A DNA stretch of 64,000 bases from Nitrosopumilaceae archaeon. GTDB taxonomy: Archaea > Thermoproteota > Nitrososphaeria > Nitrososphaerales > Nitrosopumilaceae. Both the position numbers and the translations under genes were made by a program. Below, piece after piece: positions 62,633 to 64,000 of the stretch. Position 1 is the stretch's first letter. Each line of letters starts with the position of its first letter. Location: contig DASSAK010000008.1 of the NCBI GenBank assembly GCA_035685445.1, forward strand, positions 13,131 to 77,130. The letters run 5' to 3'. The notes beneath the pieces are model-generated. The model had not been told where the DNA came from, made no database searches, and saw only the letters and a list, made by a program, of their open reading frames with translations.

Positions 62633-64000
62633 TTAAATCAGCAATATCAGGACCACAAAGAGGATTCCTGCTCCAAATACGAATAGATATGATTGTGCGA
62701 CACCTGTTTGAGTACCTTGAACTACCTTAGCTCCCCAAGCAGTAGCCTTTTGAACGCCCAAGTTCATTCCCAAATCAATTGCGGTTTTCTCAAAATATCG
62801 AAATACACCTCTAGCAATCCAGAGTGGTGCAATCACAAAGCACCAATAGATTAGTGCATTAAGGTACCATCTGTTTAGAAAGAATTTGTGAATTGCATAA
62901 AAGAAAATGTTTGAATTAACAAATTTTACAGGATCAACCCATCTTCCAATATAGAATATGTATCCTAAACCAAATCCTACTGCAAATGCAACAAGAGATG
63001 AACCAAGTGCAATTGGATTAAGTCCTGCCAATACTCCTGGCAACATAGAATCTTCTAGACCATGCTCAACATGTATTCCAAATGAATGTTCAAGATATTC
63101 AGTAAACAATTCATGTATTCCTTCTTCTGCAGATAGTCCAATGATACCAATTCCAATTGTTAGTGCTGCCAAAATTCCATAAGGAATCCACATTGATTTT
63201 GGTGCTTCGTGAATGTGATGGCCTTCTGATTCCATCTTTTCAATGTGTTTGCTTTTTGGTCCAAAGAAAACCATTCCAATCATTCTTGTTGTGTAAAATG
63301 CAGTAATTACTGCAGTTAGTACTGCAATTGCAAATATTGGTAATGCCCAGTCACTTCCAGATTCATAAACTGCTGCAAAGATTGCATCTTTGCTCCAGAA
63401 TCCTGTTGTAATGAATGGAGCTCCCATTAGTGCAAGACCTGCTGCCCACATAAACGCGTAGGTCTTTCGCATATGTTTGCGTAAACCTCCCATGTCTGTC
63501 ATAAATCTAGAACCAACAATGTGTAACAACGATCCTGCTGCCATGAACAAAGATGCTTTGAACATTGCATGTGAAATAAGATGGAAGAATCCTGCAGTGT
63601 AACCATCAACATATTGTTCTGATAATCCTGCAACACCCAGTGCCATCATCATGTAACCAATTTGAGAACCAGTAGAATATGCAAGAACTTTTTTGATTTC
63701 TGGATTTACCATTCCTTGCGTAGCAAGAAGTAATGCAGTGATTGCGCCAACCCATGCTACAATTTCAAAGAATTGATCTAAGAATATACCAGCTGCTGCC
63801 AATGAGAAGAAGAGAGGTCCTAACCTTGCAACCAAAAATACACCCGCTTTCACCATTGTCGCTGCGTGGATTAGGGCCGAAACGGCCGTTGGGCCAGTCA
63901 TAGCCTCAAGTAGCCATTCATTTAGTGGAAATTGAGCTGATTTTCCTACTGCTCCTCCAAATAGCAATACAGCTGCAGGTACCAAAAGTCCTTGTGCCGA
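62633..64000 (-). CDS. nuoL: NADH-quinone oxidoreductase subunit L (ND5-like), C-terminal ~455 aa; the N-terminus lies beyond the window end
   Basis: GKSAQFPLNEWLLEAMTGPTAVSALIHAATMVKAGVFL is the NuoL/ND5 signature. The reading frame stays open to the window edge. Confidence 0.8.
   Translation of the reverse strand, partial: SAQGLLVPAAVLLFGGAVGKSAQFPLNEWLLEAMTGPTAVSALIHAATMVKAGVFLVARLGPLFFSLAAAGIFLDQFFEIVAWVGAITALLLATQGMVNPEIKKVLAYSTGSQIGYMMMALGVAGLSEQYVDGYTAGFFHLISHAMFKASLFMAAGSLLHIVGSRFMTDMGGLRKHMRKTYAFMWAAGLALMGAPFITTGFWSKDAIFAAVYESGSDWALPIFAIAVLTAVITAFYTTRMIGMVFFGPKSKHIEKMESEGHHIHEAPKSMWIPYGILAALTIGIGIIGLSAEEGIHELFTEYLEHSFGIHVEHGLEDSMLPGVLAGLNPIALGSSLVAFAVGFGLGYIFYIGRWVDPVKFVNSNIFFYAIHKFFLNRWYLNALIYWCFVIAPLWIARGVFRYFEKTAIDLGMNLGVQKATAWGAKVVQGTQTGVAQSYLFVFGAGILFVVLILLI

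Overview
AT-rich archaeal chromosomal segment. From the AmoA/AmoB/AmoC protein sequences I recognise it as a marine ammonia-oxidising thaumarchaeon (Nitrosopumilus-like). It reads as core genome, not a mobile island. The centrepiece is the complete archaeal ammonia monooxygenase locus at about 26.3-30.7 kb: amoA-amoX-amoC on the minus strand, divergent amoB, then four small membrane or secreted ORFs. The rest is mostly housekeeping. Translation genes include valS, pheST, trpS, serS, uS15, eS1, ABCE1, Trm5, RtcB and a KEOPS Pcc1-like gene. Cofactor genes include pdxST, purB, coaD-like, pyrE and pterin genes. Also present are aconitase, a non-oxidative pentose-phosphate operon with a transketolase-N/Rpe fusion, isoprenoid lipid genes (GGPP synthase, geranylgeranyl reductase), TBP, a P-II protein and nuoN/nuoL. 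RNA genes found by eye are a stand-alone 5S rRNA and seven tRNAs. Four of the tRNAs carry introns (six in total), three at non-canonical positions (anticodon stem, D stem, T loop). Two GC-rich intergenic blocks look like unannotated structured sRNAs. No CRISPR array, transposase, integrase or recognisable defence operon was seen. The items most worth follow-up are the small ORFs next to amoB (candidate extra AMO subunits), a NorQ/NorD-like AAA+/VWA pair with no obvious client, the two candidate sRNAs, an orphan Dam methylase in a tRNA-dense patch beside amoA, and several unusual domain fusions. All calls come from reading the sequence and remembered family motifs. No searches or folding programs were run.
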